A stretch of 64,000 nucleotides of DNA from Lepidodermella squamata (taxonomy: Eukaryota > Animalia > Gastrotricha): assembly GCA_047495785.1 (NCBI GenBank), contig JBLDXI010000003.1, positions 1,240,001 to 1,304,000 of the forward strand. Direction: 5' to 3'. How positions within the stretch are numbered: the first letter of the stretch is position 1; the number at the start of each line of letters is the position of its first letter. Positions 37,401-50,200 of this stretch are shown here, in pieces. Made by a program: the position numbers and the translations under genes. Under the pieces are notes generated by a model that ran no database searches, was not told the origin of the DNA, and saw only the letters and a program-made list of their open reading frames with translations.

Positions 37401-40400
37401 CGCAGGCAATGGATGGGCAACTCTTACGCTATGCAATGCCGCCTTGTACGCAGCGATTCCCTGTTATCACCCGACAGCGAGCTCGCCATATTATTCTTAT
37501 CTGCGTGTCTACGATACTGCAGCGACAACTACATGCGCAACTGGTGACCTGCTCATCAGCTCTTCTGTTTTCTACTATGCATCAAACAGCGCAACTGACT
37601 GGACCACTGGCACTGACTTCACGACGATTGATAATGCTGTTAAAGCCGTAAGCTTACATTTTCGACCTTGATGCTGTTTAGTAGAGCCACGAGTCGACAA
37701 TTGTTATCTATGATTGTGAGTTGGCTCAGAAACCTGAATGGTCATTGACTGATCGTTCGTGGCGCGGAAGAACCCGCACTTCGATGATTTTTTGCCCTGA
37801 CTGTACCCCGCGAGTACAGCATAACGCGCAGTATTGCATATAGTATCCAAGGCTGTACTCGCGGGGTACAGTCAGGGCAAAAAATCATCGAAGTGCGGGT
37901 TCTTCCGCGCCACGAACGTGATCATCGCTCGATACGCGCCAATTTTCCCGCGATCCCGCTTTTTTGTCAAATGATGCTCTTCGCTAAAAACATTAACTAA
38001 TCAAAACAGATTCGATTCAATCAACTGGTTTAGTTACCACAAAAATCCATTGAAATCATTTCCACCCAATTCTACCCCTCGATCATAGAGAACAGAGTTA
38101 ATAGAGAATAGGTAACTCTATTATGAGAAAATTAAGAAAATTAAGTCGCAACGAAAAATACGTCGTATACAGTATAGCATTCTTTGAATCCTGGAGATTT
38201 TAAGAGAGATGCATTATGATTATGTATGATTTTTCCTGTTAGTTCAAGACCGTGCGGTGCAAAGCTACGGGAACTACCACGCCTTTTTGCCGAACAAAGC
38301 TCGACCAAGGTGAAATGACGCCGCCGCTGAGCAGCGCTTGCGCTAGTGGGGAAACACTGGTATGAGAAATGATAAAGAGCGTGTTAACACTGACTGTAAT
38401 TTTCCGCGTTACAAGTTGAGTGGAGCGACAATTTACCAATCTCGAGACAATTGCGCCGCTAATCTCTACGTGAGTTTATTCCGAGTAAACGTAAACATCG
38501 TTTATCATTTATTTAAAATCAATAGCAAGTCAAGCAGTGCTACACCGCGGACAGTAAGAACATTTACCATCAGTCGACTTCTAAGTTTCGACGATTTTCT
38601 TTACAGGCACCGCTGGCTCATACTTCTCAACATCCATTGTTCACGATGCGGATGCTAGCGGAGGAGTCTGCACCGCATCGAATACATTTGGTGTAAGTTA
38701 TCGGCATTCTCGAAAGTCACGTCGACGGATTGAAGAACTCTAACATGAAGTGCTTCACTAAGAATAAGATATTAGACAAGGAAGGAATCAAAATTATCTG
38801 AATCTAATTGTTTATGAATTATAGGAATTCCAGTACTATGAGCCCTATTATATTAGGGCAAAGTTACCTAAACCAAAGTTACCCAAGAGCGATTTTCAAT
38901 TGTTCCCAATTGTTAAAATGTTTGAATTTGAGCGACCATGGCTCGCTAGCCGTGAACGGTGAGGAAGTGGCTCGTGCGATACTGTGAGCTTATTCAAACT
39001 TGGGACTATTAGTAGGTGGACTTTACACTCCTCAAAATCATTCGGACGGTAGCAAAAAATGGCGATTCAGCGATTTTTTTCCACGCGAAATTTATGAATG
39101 AAAATAATCTTTTTTTTACAACAACACGCAGCCTTCTTCCATTAAGCGGCGAAAAATTGCCAATCTTGGACAATGGGGTCACGATTTCCCCGCAGGTATA
39201 AGCAATATGAAAATAATTCTTGAACATTTAAGAAGAGCAACTCAAGACGCATGCGGCGATGCCAAACAGGGGCAATTTTGTTGCCCAATTTTGTGAGTAC
39301 ATCAAAACTTCCTAAATAAAACCATTCTTTTTAATAGTTCAGAAGAACGCCTGAAAATGAAGGAATAATCGCCAATTTTTCTTGGATTTTTCGGATTTTT
39401 GATCGCAGGGTTCGGCGTTACATTATTTCAAATTTCTATTTTGGTTCAGCTTTTCTAGCCAATTTTTCATTTGCGAAGATTATGGTTAGGATTCGGGTTG
39501 ATTTCAAAATATAATTCGCAAAAGAAACAGTTAAAATTTACCTCATAGTTTAGTAAAAATACTCGTATCCTTTCGTTTGAATATCGACGGAAAAATGTTT
39601 ATCCACCTTCATTATTATATTCCTTTCTTAAAAAAATAGTTAACACAATCGACAAGCAGAACATAGTACTCTGGAGGAAGCTAAATAATTTTTATTGGCC
39701 TCCGATCAAATGCCGCCTAAAATCTTGCGATTTCTGCAATATTAGTCAAACAAATCTTAAACATGCAAGTTATCGCCAAATTGCTAGGTAAATTGATATA
39801 TTGGATGATTGGGAACCGTTTGGTATTATTTTTGCCGCGTGATCTGGGAACCCTGAAATTCAATTTTATCGGCAAATGAGTCGGGTAACTAATAAGCCTT
39901 ATGGTGCGTTTTCACCCCAAAAATCAGTTGAAATTTCAGGGAACAGCATTGAATATTATGCACACAAGGCGCAGGCCTGATCGCGGTAGCTTATAATCAA
40001 AGTGAAATTTCAGCGGCTTCTAACGGTGAATACTCAATAAGTTTTTCATCGCTGCCTTCCTCGAACGATGATCTATGCGATGGTTCAATTTATTCAAGAA
40101 AAAGGTGTGTTGTTTTGGAGTAAACATGTGCCCAGCGTAAAGTCGACGACGTAAAATTCGCGTAATGGTGAGATGCTGGTTTTGCGGTTGATTTATTGTT
40201 AATCGGCCATTTTTTCTGCGATCAAAACAACACGCGATCAATTCCCACGTTTTTGCTTCTCCGGTCTCCCCGAACGATTTATTATGCGTTAGATAGGAAG
40301 TTTCGAGTCCATCTACTATTAGTCCCAAGTATTTAAATGGTTGTCAACTGTTTATAATCAAAATTTGAGGCCGGAGAACTTGATGGTTATGGAATGTAGT

Positions 40401-42251
40401 CGATTTTGTTGACGTCGCCATATTTATTAACAAGCTCTAAATTTCTTCCAAACTGTCTTCAGTGAAAGTTGGAAAGCCGCGCAGTTGATTTTTGATTCTG
40501 ATTTAATTAACGCCGGCTTAACTGTCTTGATTTTTTTCAAGGTAACCGATGTTGTAGGAAACACTGCCGCTTCTTTGCCCGCTGGGACAACGGGATATCC
40601 GACACTGACCGTCGCCCACAAACGCTGCAAGCTGACTGGCTCAGACACAATTGTATGCCGTCCTCAACTAACTAAAACGCCTAACCTCGTTAACTGTCCT
40701 TACGCAACTGACACCCTGGTAAGAGAATGATTAATGCGGAAGAACTGATTGGATTAAAAAGTTTACTATATAGCTGCCGGCTGTTAACGATGCCGATATG
40801 ACTACTTTGGATAGCTGTAACGCGCGGAGATACGTCAGTCAAATGTGTTACGATGCCGCTGATCTGACGGCGGGACATTTGATGTGCAAAGCCGACTACA
40901 CCTGCTCGGCTAAAAATGTAAATACATAATAATGACTTGCGATGTTGCTTGATAACTATTTGCTTTTCCAGCTGATTTCTCCGTCAGCTACCGACAGTAG
41001 CCAAGGCGACGCCAATGCTGCATGCGCCGCTAACGACGGCGTAAGTTGCCATTGATCAATTAGAAGCGCAATCAAACTTCTTCATTTCATAATATAGCCG
41101 AGATTCGTTCGCTGCCGTCGAACTTCTATAACAGCAACGGCATTTTGCCGCCCCATCTCGGATGGCTGCATCGTGTCAACCTCACCAGCGATAAGTGAAG
41201 TCAGAGTAAGTAATGCCTAGAATGAAGATTTTTGGTTGAATTAATTAATTAATTGATTGATTAATTTCCCGATAGCTATCGCCATACACTTCCGGCGGTG
41301 TGAATTACGCTACTTGCACGGGATACGGCGTGAGTAGCCACTAATTATTTAAAGCAAGAATATATTATGTTTCCATATTTTGTTTCGTAAACTCGGCAGG
41401 CGAGAATTGTCTGTTACAATCCTACCGTCCGCTACCAATACTTGCCAGGCCTGCCTAATTACAATTCGAATCCTTACACATGCGAAAATGACTTCGCCAC
41501 ATGTGGATCAAACATTCAAGTGAGTTTCTATATCTAAATCGAGCAGAATCGCATTTAATAATAATTTATCAGGTACCTATGACTTACATCTTCGCCTCCC
41601 CTGTCGCCGCATCAGCTTTAGGCGTCTGCCAAAGCGCTATACATAATGAAGCTGCTTTTTCACCTGCCGTCGGCAACTTCATCCGTTGTCTAAAACCTAT
41701 TACTGGCAGTACCTTATCCTGGATTATGTGTCGGCCAATGCTGCAATATGCCTCATGTCCGAGTGACGAAACCTTGGTGAGTAATCCTATATATAATCTA
41801 AAGATAAATAATAATAATACAAATGGAAATGATAACGTCCGCTCGATGTTACGTAGGACATGGCCAACCTGCCGGCGGGAGCAAATTCTTGGACTTCTAC
41901 TCAAGCGTGTATTGCTGGAGGAGCAATTGCAGTAAGTCATTTTGCTTTCCCTTTTCTCAGTTACAACGTGAGTGAATTTTCATAGGGGAAATGCTGCTGC
42001 ACTGATCCGAGTAATCCGAGCGTTAACACTGGCGGAATTCTAACCGGCACTTATGGCATATATGGTGCGTGCTCTTGCGGTGGTGGCACATCTACGGTAA
42101 TTGTTGAAAGTCTACGATTCATCTTGATGATAGCACGCTTTTTCAGGCCCGTCCTGGAGAATATTTCTCGTGCAGCGGCGGCGGTGCTTGTGCTACAACC
42201 GCCTGCCCGACATCGGCCAGCGCTCCAGTACTTCCAATCCTTGCCGAGTGA
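31413..42251 (+). CDS. Giant secreted cysteine-rich repeat protein B (paralog of A)
   Basis: MKAALLLVIG|LLVEGSWSC start; exon-for-exon colinear with A. Ends ARPGEYFSCSGGGACATTACP..AE, TGA 42249-42251; AATAAA ~42400. Confidence 0.8.
37754..37918. mobile_element. Palindromic (foldback) MITE in an intron of gene B
   Basis: 67-bp perfect inverted arms (37754-37820 / 37852-37918) with a 4-bp direct repeat TGAT on both flanks. Confidence 0.8.
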
Positions 42252-44247
42252 AGATGAAGCTATCCGATTCCAATCGACCCTGCATTGATAAAGTACTCGA
42301 AATGCTGTTAGAAAAGGAGAAACTATAAGCCTTTCTCCCATTTTTCCCAAGCGTAGGTATTATGACGCTATAAGAAGACTTGCTTCCCAGAATACATCCA
42401 ATAAAATCACAGGTTCATCCAAAGTCATATATTGAAATTGGTGTAATTGCTAAACTTCTTTAATGTACATATTTCGGATTCCTATATTACTTCAGAGAAA
42501 AAACACACGTGGCATAGCGTCATTCACTCTAGTGTCGCCCATACTCCATTCCTAGCCGTCAGAATAATCTAACTGGAGTGGGCGGCTGCCGTAACACAAT
42601 AGCCTGCCCAAAGCCTGAAAACTCTTTGTTCAATCGATTCTCTCATGATGAGTTATATCTTCGAGATGTGAAAGAGTGTTAACTTGCTGAACGGTGTACC
42701 CAATCATAATGCAGAGCCGATAATAATAATGTCAATTTTCAAATCTTTTGATATCACAGCTTTGGAAGTTCAGCTGGTTTTGGCTGAAAACTTCAGTTTT
42801 CTTGGGAACTATTCGCAGCTTCCAAATAAAAGACGTGAAAATATTTGGATGTATGTACTAGCACAAACGATTCTGCACAAATGCACATGCACAACATTTT
42901 TTGCACAAACTCAATTTTTCAAGCGGAATCGGTTTGAATATGAAAATTGAAAATAAGGAATTGAAGGCAAAGCCAACTGGCATCAAATAATGAGTTCGGG
43001 CCCTTCCTTCTGAGATATTTTAAAGCGTCTGGTTCGAAATTATATTACAACGAGTAGCGAGTTTCACGTTAGGACCTTCGGCAACGATGAATATATTATG
43101 AAATGAAGGCAAAATCAATCAATGAATGATGTCATGCCCATTTTTCTACCGGTATTACTCAAGATCGTGCTGCCCTTGCATCAGCCACCTTTGATACGCA
43201 TTAAATAATGATGAAATCCGCTAAGAAATTTGAGTTTGTGCAACATTGTGCAAAATCGTTTGTGCAATTACAGGTAAATCAAAATTGCCTGCTGCAGGAA
43301 CCTTAATCATTTCAAAATGCTGGAACAGTGTTTCGCTGTGGAGTCATTGCCGATGGGGCCGTGATCAGAAAATATGCTACGCGATTTCCTGTCTATCATT
43401 CTTAAGAAACGGCAGCACCGTGCAATTAACTGGCTATACCAGCGATTCATTGGGTTTACACGTTTGCGTGCGAAACAGCGCATGCCTTTATTTCCCGAAA
43501 TGGAAAGGGGCGATGAATTCAATTCCCGGACAGCAAGAGATATCAGCTTGGGAACTCATCGACATTTTCTATTTAAACTATCAGTGAACGCGAATGATCA
43601 GGCATAAGATAAGCAAGCACATAATTCGCAGACAATTCTGATGTAGTGATAAAACATAGACGTGATTGTGATTGGTGGAGAGCTAATTAGCCCGCCATAC
43701 TTGAGAATTATTTCTCATTCATTTCGCCAAGTGTGTGGGCAGTAATTTTAAGTCTCGGTCGGCGCCGGCTAGTATTGACGTCACTGGCGGCTGGTGTCGA
43801 GTAGATCAATGGCTCATTGGCGCCACTTGAAATACCAGCAGACAGCCCTCACGCCCTGTTCTAAGAAAGCTTGGACGGTCGTGTCAACTCAACATAAACG
43901 CGATGTTTTGAAACAAGCGAACGCAACTATAGCAGTCTCAGCCACACGAAAATGATAAACATTAAAACAAGCGCATGAAAATCGGCAGCAAATGATGCTT
44001 GCGGGTAATTAACAGTCATTAAAGATATAATGTTATGCCAGCCCACGGGGTATGCAACGGCCTGAGTACATCATGATAATGCGTTTAGCCGGTCTCTGCC
44101 ATGAGTCTGTCAGGGGGTATATGGCCGACGTAGCAGTGCTTAAGCCATAGGCTGAGTACGCATCTTCAAAAGCAATTACATTATTTTTTTACTCAGCCAA
44201 TTAAAGCGCATTATTACTGGTTCTCGCGGGGAGATTATTCCGATCAA

Positions 44248-47200
44248 ATGTTACTCGATTGGCTGATTGGTGTGGGTAAGTTAACTTACAAAATCAATGA
44301 ATACTTTGGAAAATATTCCATATTTTTTCGAAGCGCTTTGCTTCGGCGCCGCATCAGCCTGCACGCCAGACATTTCACGGCAGGTCGGAGGGGTTAAAAC
44401 TTCGCCATCTGAAGGCACAACGTTCGCCCGGTGCAGTTCAAGTGGCCAACGCCTTTGCCATGCTACAGCTTGCGATGCAGGCGAAGTCAGGGTTCGTAGC
44501 TATTACCTTGATCTATCAAGCTTCAAGAATCTATTTACAGCTGCCAGTTTCCGCAAAATTCAGTTCATATATCGAATGCATGAACTACACCGTGAGTCGA
44601 TGAATTTAATCGCGAATCGCTCTTGATTTAATGATGAATTTCAGAGATGGATCGTTTGTCCAATCACGACAACCAACAACCAGTATCAATGCGTTGAAGA
44701 TACTGCAGGGTGTGGCGGGTCGTTCCTGGGTTACGACTTGCAGACCTACTCCAATTTAACAACATGCCTAGCTGTGGCGAACTCTTACGTAAGGTGGATT
44801 CACTTCATTGGCTTCATAACCCATTAATCTTATATCAGACAACTTCGAAATGGATCCGTTGTACGACTGGCAGTAACCCTGTTTGCCGACTTGGGCAATG
44901 CAATCCAGCGGAACAGAGGGTATAAGTTTCCGATCAAAACTGTTTATTAGGTTCTAACCTTTGAAACCCATCAGTTGGTACTGACAACCCAGAAGGAGTG
45001 GGAGAATGAAACCTCTTGCCAAGCCGCTCTCTACGTAAGATTCGGATCGTTACTCTTGTAACAGGACTGTGACCTACTTACTGAATTTCAGGCTGCTGTT
45101 CCTTGCGTCGGGCCTTCGGATACCCAACCTTACTGGCAGCTTGTGACCGGATACGATCATAAGGGCAACTGCCCAGCTGGCTACAACGCCTTGACGACAA
45201 CGTACACTACAAAAGCCACAATGGATATCACTTTCGACCCTGCGGCTGCTTACACGGCTATAACAGTTAATTTCAAAGGAAAAGCTTGAATTCATGTGAT
45301 ATTTGTCCATGTTTACAGACTACTAAAGTTTATCGTTGCAAAGCTGTAATCAATGGAGAGTATGTTCCAGTATGCCGGCCTGATATGGATCCTGTTTCGT
45401 TAGGCGTTCAATGTGCCTCATCAGACAAATCCCAAGTTCGATTAGATTTCCCCTCCAAATTGGTTTCGAAATTATGTCTTTACAGATGAATCCTGTGGAA
45501 GGCTTCGACGGCTACGAAGCCTGTTTCGCGCAGAGATACGTGAGTTTTCTATGAAAAGTTCGAGGCCAATAGGTAATAAGTTGGTTTTGAATCTAGCAAG
45601 CTGTACCTTGTTACAAGGCCACCAATGTTGGCCCTGATTACTACACCATCAACCCTGGCTACGATTTGAGCGACATTGCAACTACGGCCACAGTTCTTTC
45701 CCGCCCAATGTGCGCTGGAGGAGAGCTACAAGTTAGCAAAGTTTCATTAGGCTAGCTTAATTTATAAGTAATAATCTGCAGGTGTCTACGGACGTCACGA
45801 AAAGCGCGAATCCTATCACCTTCGCGAATTCAGTCTCGCAAAAAGCTGCTGTCCTCCAGCATATTCGTTGCAAGCTTTTGACGTCAACAGGCTCGACAGT
45901 TCCTGTTTGCCGGCCTAATTTCGATACATCTGGAGCTTCGGCGACTAAAACTTGCCCTTTGACAGACGCTGGACCTGTAAGCTTGATTTCACTTGAATGA
46001 GATCAACGAAAAAAGGAATTTTCCTATAGCTAGCAGCTACGGATAAATTTACGAATTACGACGCCTGTGCCCTGAAGCTTTACGTTAGTCATTAGATTAT
46101 TTCATTGTTTGAGAGATTACGATTTTCCCGGGTGCAGAATGCCAGAGTATGCTACAAAACTGACCCAGCTCCGCCCGATTATTTCGTCATGGTTCCTGGT
46201 TACGACCACAGCATTACTGGTGGCTGCGATGCGAATCAACTTAATGTAAAATTAAGCCCCAAATGTAGCAAATCGATCTATTTTCCTTGTTCATAGTGGC
46301 AAGGAGACGTTTGGATATCCGGCGCCACTTTCCCACTCACGGTATCTGCACAGGCTGTCACTGATTACAAAAATAAGGTGCGGTTTCATTTTTCTCAAGT
46401 TATATATTGGCAATTATTTGTCTTATTAAGGGTGATCTGGCCCACGTGCGATGTCAAACGATAGATTCCACAAACGCTCGCGTGCCAGTTTGCCGACCAG
46501 ACATGATTCTTGGAAACACCGGACTCCAATGTCCCACTGGAGAGACAATGGTAATGACAAAAAATATCTGTGCCGTTTTACCAATCTATTTTCTATTCCA
46601 ATCTCAGCTTAACAATGATAATTCCTATGCAAATCTTGCTGCATGTGCCCCTGAGAAATACGTGAGTTCTGTTTATTTCGGATCTGAGGATATGCTCCCT
46701 TCAAAATTTCGGTAATTTCAGTACTCGAAGCCGTGCTACCGGGCCAGCAACCTAAAATCTGACAACTACTTCACCTTGGACACGGTCTATGATCACACTC
46801 TTACTAACCCAGCAAATTTGGTCTGCCCATCTCCAACTATTCCTGTAAAAAACAAACATAGAAAGCGTGACCAACATTGACAGCATGATTTTTCAGATCC
46901 CGATTTCGGCTTGGAGGAAGAGCGCTGCCAATACCGTCATTTTCGATGCGACTGTTTATCAAGCTGCCACGGTAATGAAACTTGTTGATAGATCTCGATT
47001 TATATCAATATTTTCGCAATATAGTTGAGACATTTCCGCTGCCTCGTAACTGATCCAACACTGGGTATCGATGTGGTTTGCCGTCCAGATATGAACATCA
47101 ACACGGTAGCAGCTGATTGCTGGACAGGCGATACTAAACCGCTCAACAATAAGGTTAATGGCTGGGATACTTATCAATCATGTGCTGCACAGAAATACGT

Positions 47201-50200
47201 GAGCTTAAATATATTTTCAAAGAACTCAGTAAAGTATTTCATCGGAAACAGTGGGTCAAAACGTGTTACCGAGCTACCAATGCCGATCCTTACTATTCTC
47301 TCGATCCTGGTTATGACTTCCAAGCTCCAGATATAACAAGAGGATGTCCTGTTGGAACATTGCCGGTAATTGAGATTATTGACTCAATTCGCCTTTTAAG
47401 ACATAATTTTAGTTCGGAGACTGGAAATATTCGCCTATAGCGACCTATGTTTTGTCCCAAACCGAAAAGGATACCGACTACGTCAAAAATACCGTTTGTT
47501 GCCCTGAAAACCTTGCACTTTGTATTGCTGATCTCTCTATTTCAGAAAATCAAGCATTATCGTTGTCAAGTCGATTCGGTGCTGAAATTGGGTCCTGACT
47601 CAGCGCCCTACTACACACCTGTTTGCAGGCCTGATATGGATGGGGATGACGTCTTGCCATTCACGTGTGCCATTGCTAGCACTTACGGGGCAGCTGATAA
47701 ACTCGCTGTAAGAAATTGATAGCAAGTTCCAACACGGATCATTATTCTGTTTATAATAGCTGCAAAACGGAGTCGTGGATAACCCTGGAGTTTTTACAGG
47801 GTCCTCTTACGCTGGCTTAGATGACTGTAACGCGAAGAAATACGTGAGTCTCTCTTAATAGTTCGATTGCGATTTTAAATGCCAATTCAAGGTCGCTGCG
47901 TCTTGCTACACCGCTCTGAATACTGTCGATCGATACAAAATCATTGCTGGCTACGACACGAGTCCAACTGGAGGCTGCGCAGTCGGAGATCGAAGGGTAA
48001 AGATTTAAAAAGAAGTCCATCTCAGCTCTCAGCCCAACGAGTATTTTCTAGCTCAACAACCCATTGGCTGTTAATACTTGGTACTTCGGTGCGGCTCCAT
48101 TCAGCATACCATCAACTGCATACGACACTACTACAGTTTGCCTTAATTTCCTGAGCTTTCATTTAAGGGAAAAATCTCTGATCATAGGCAATCGGGCACT
48201 TCAGATGCAATGTCAAGATAGGAACTGATCGAACTCCTGTTTGCCGACCGGATATGGATGTTTCTACACCTGGTTTTCAATGCGGAAACGCCGATATCGG
48301 CCCAGTAGAGACCTACTTTGAATCGCTTTTCTATTTTTACTTATACGATGAATTTTAGTTGAATATGAATGGTGCCGTATTGGCGGCTGGTTATGCCAAT
48401 CTTCAGACCTGTAATGCCAACCTATACTACGCATTGCCCTGCTATTCAGCTAGCGGCATACTCCTGGCTCCGTTCTACACCCTTAAAGCAGGCTACGACC
48501 ATTCACTTGCACCGATCTGTGGAACCGATTTACAGGTATTGAATTCACGAAGCTTTTAGAAAGAGACAGCAAAATACTGAATTTAATTACCCCAGCTTCC
48601 AGCTGACTCCACGAATCCGGTCTACAAGACATCGTCAGCTGCAGATATCACTTTCCCAGTTGATAGCGAATATTACGTCTCAAGGGTATATTTCGATAGC
48701 GGCTTTGGTATTGTTGTTCGAAAGCTCTTTTATCAAACACGTTTAGACTTTCATCAAACACGTGCGATGCAGAGTTTACCAAAATGCAGGCAATCAAAAT
48801 CCGACCGCGGTTTGCCGACCTGACTACGATCAAACGACTACTACACCTGATTGCTTTACTGGTGAACAAGCAGTAAGTTTCAAGTTACAATATGCAGTGA
48901 TTTCCTTTTCTTCTTTGCTATCTGTATGGTTAGATTATGATCTCTGAGCTGACATTAGGGACACGTATAATTTCGATTTTTTTTCAATTCTAGCTATTTT
49001 TGCTTGGCGATACCCGCTATGACGGCTTAGCGGCTTGTGAATCTCAGAAATTTGTGAGTTCACTACCAATTTCGACTAAGCTTGTACTTCTAAGCTTGGT
49101 TAAATTTCCAGTACGCTTCCTATTGCTACCAGCCAGTAATTGATGACTACATACTGAACGTATTTCACGACATTCATCTGAACTTTGCAACAATTTCAAA
49201 TGACTATAAAGGCTGTCCCAACGGCATGTATCGCGTAGGTACCACGTGAATAATCTGATAAATGCATTACCTGCATATTTCCAGGTTCCGTCCATCAGAG
49301 CAAGTTCTGCTTACCCGGTTACGACTCTGACGCAAGCTGATAATTTCAACTCAGTTGTGAGTCTCGTTTTCTTTGTTATTCTTCGATAATACATTGAAAG
49401 CATATTGTTTCAAGTCGATGAGCTTCATCAGATGCAAAAAACAAGGTAGTGCAACAGCGATTTGTCGACCCTACATAACTTGCCAATCAAGTTTTGATGA
49501 TACCACGTCTAGTGTTTGTTCTTGATCGCTCCGAAATAAGCATTTTCGACATTTAAGATATTTCGTGACTAGGGGTTGTCGATTCAGTCTTCAACATTCA
49601 GCAAATTCAGCGATTGCGATGGAAAATTCGTTAGTTTTTGTACTTATTGCACCCTTAGCTACCTGTTGGTTTGCTTTACAGTATAACATTTTATGCTACA
49701 CTGCTACAGACGGTAGCTATACTTTAAGCGTCGGCTCAGATATGAGTGCACCGCCCTGCGGCGCCGCCAGTGGCAACCTGAGACAGGTTTGACGTTTTCC
49801 GACCTTCATCATTCCACTGAATAGAGTTATTTTCGATAGATTGGCGCCTGGATGGGCCCACTGACTGTAGCTTACACGGTCAATTCCGCAGACTACACCG
49901 GCGCGGTATGAATCGTGTAGCAGCGACAAGGGATTGAGATGAACTGTTTCATATTTCAGAAAATCGAGCACCGACGTTGCAAATCAACGGCCGTGGCCAA
50001 CTGCCGTCCAGATATGAATCCGGGCACGTCTACTTTTGAGTGTGCAACAGTGGATGTTGGTGGCTCGGTAAGATAGTCTAACCAAATTAAATGAAACATG
50101 TTGATTTCTGATTTTCAGCTGGCAAATCAAAACGGCGGCAATTACTGGGCCTCTTATAGTGAGTGCAACAGCAACAAAATCGCCGCTATTGCTTGCTACA

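Noticed and set aside
38693-40541. Large intron in gene B possibly containing a transposon
   Set aside because: Could not define TIRs or a TSD by eye.
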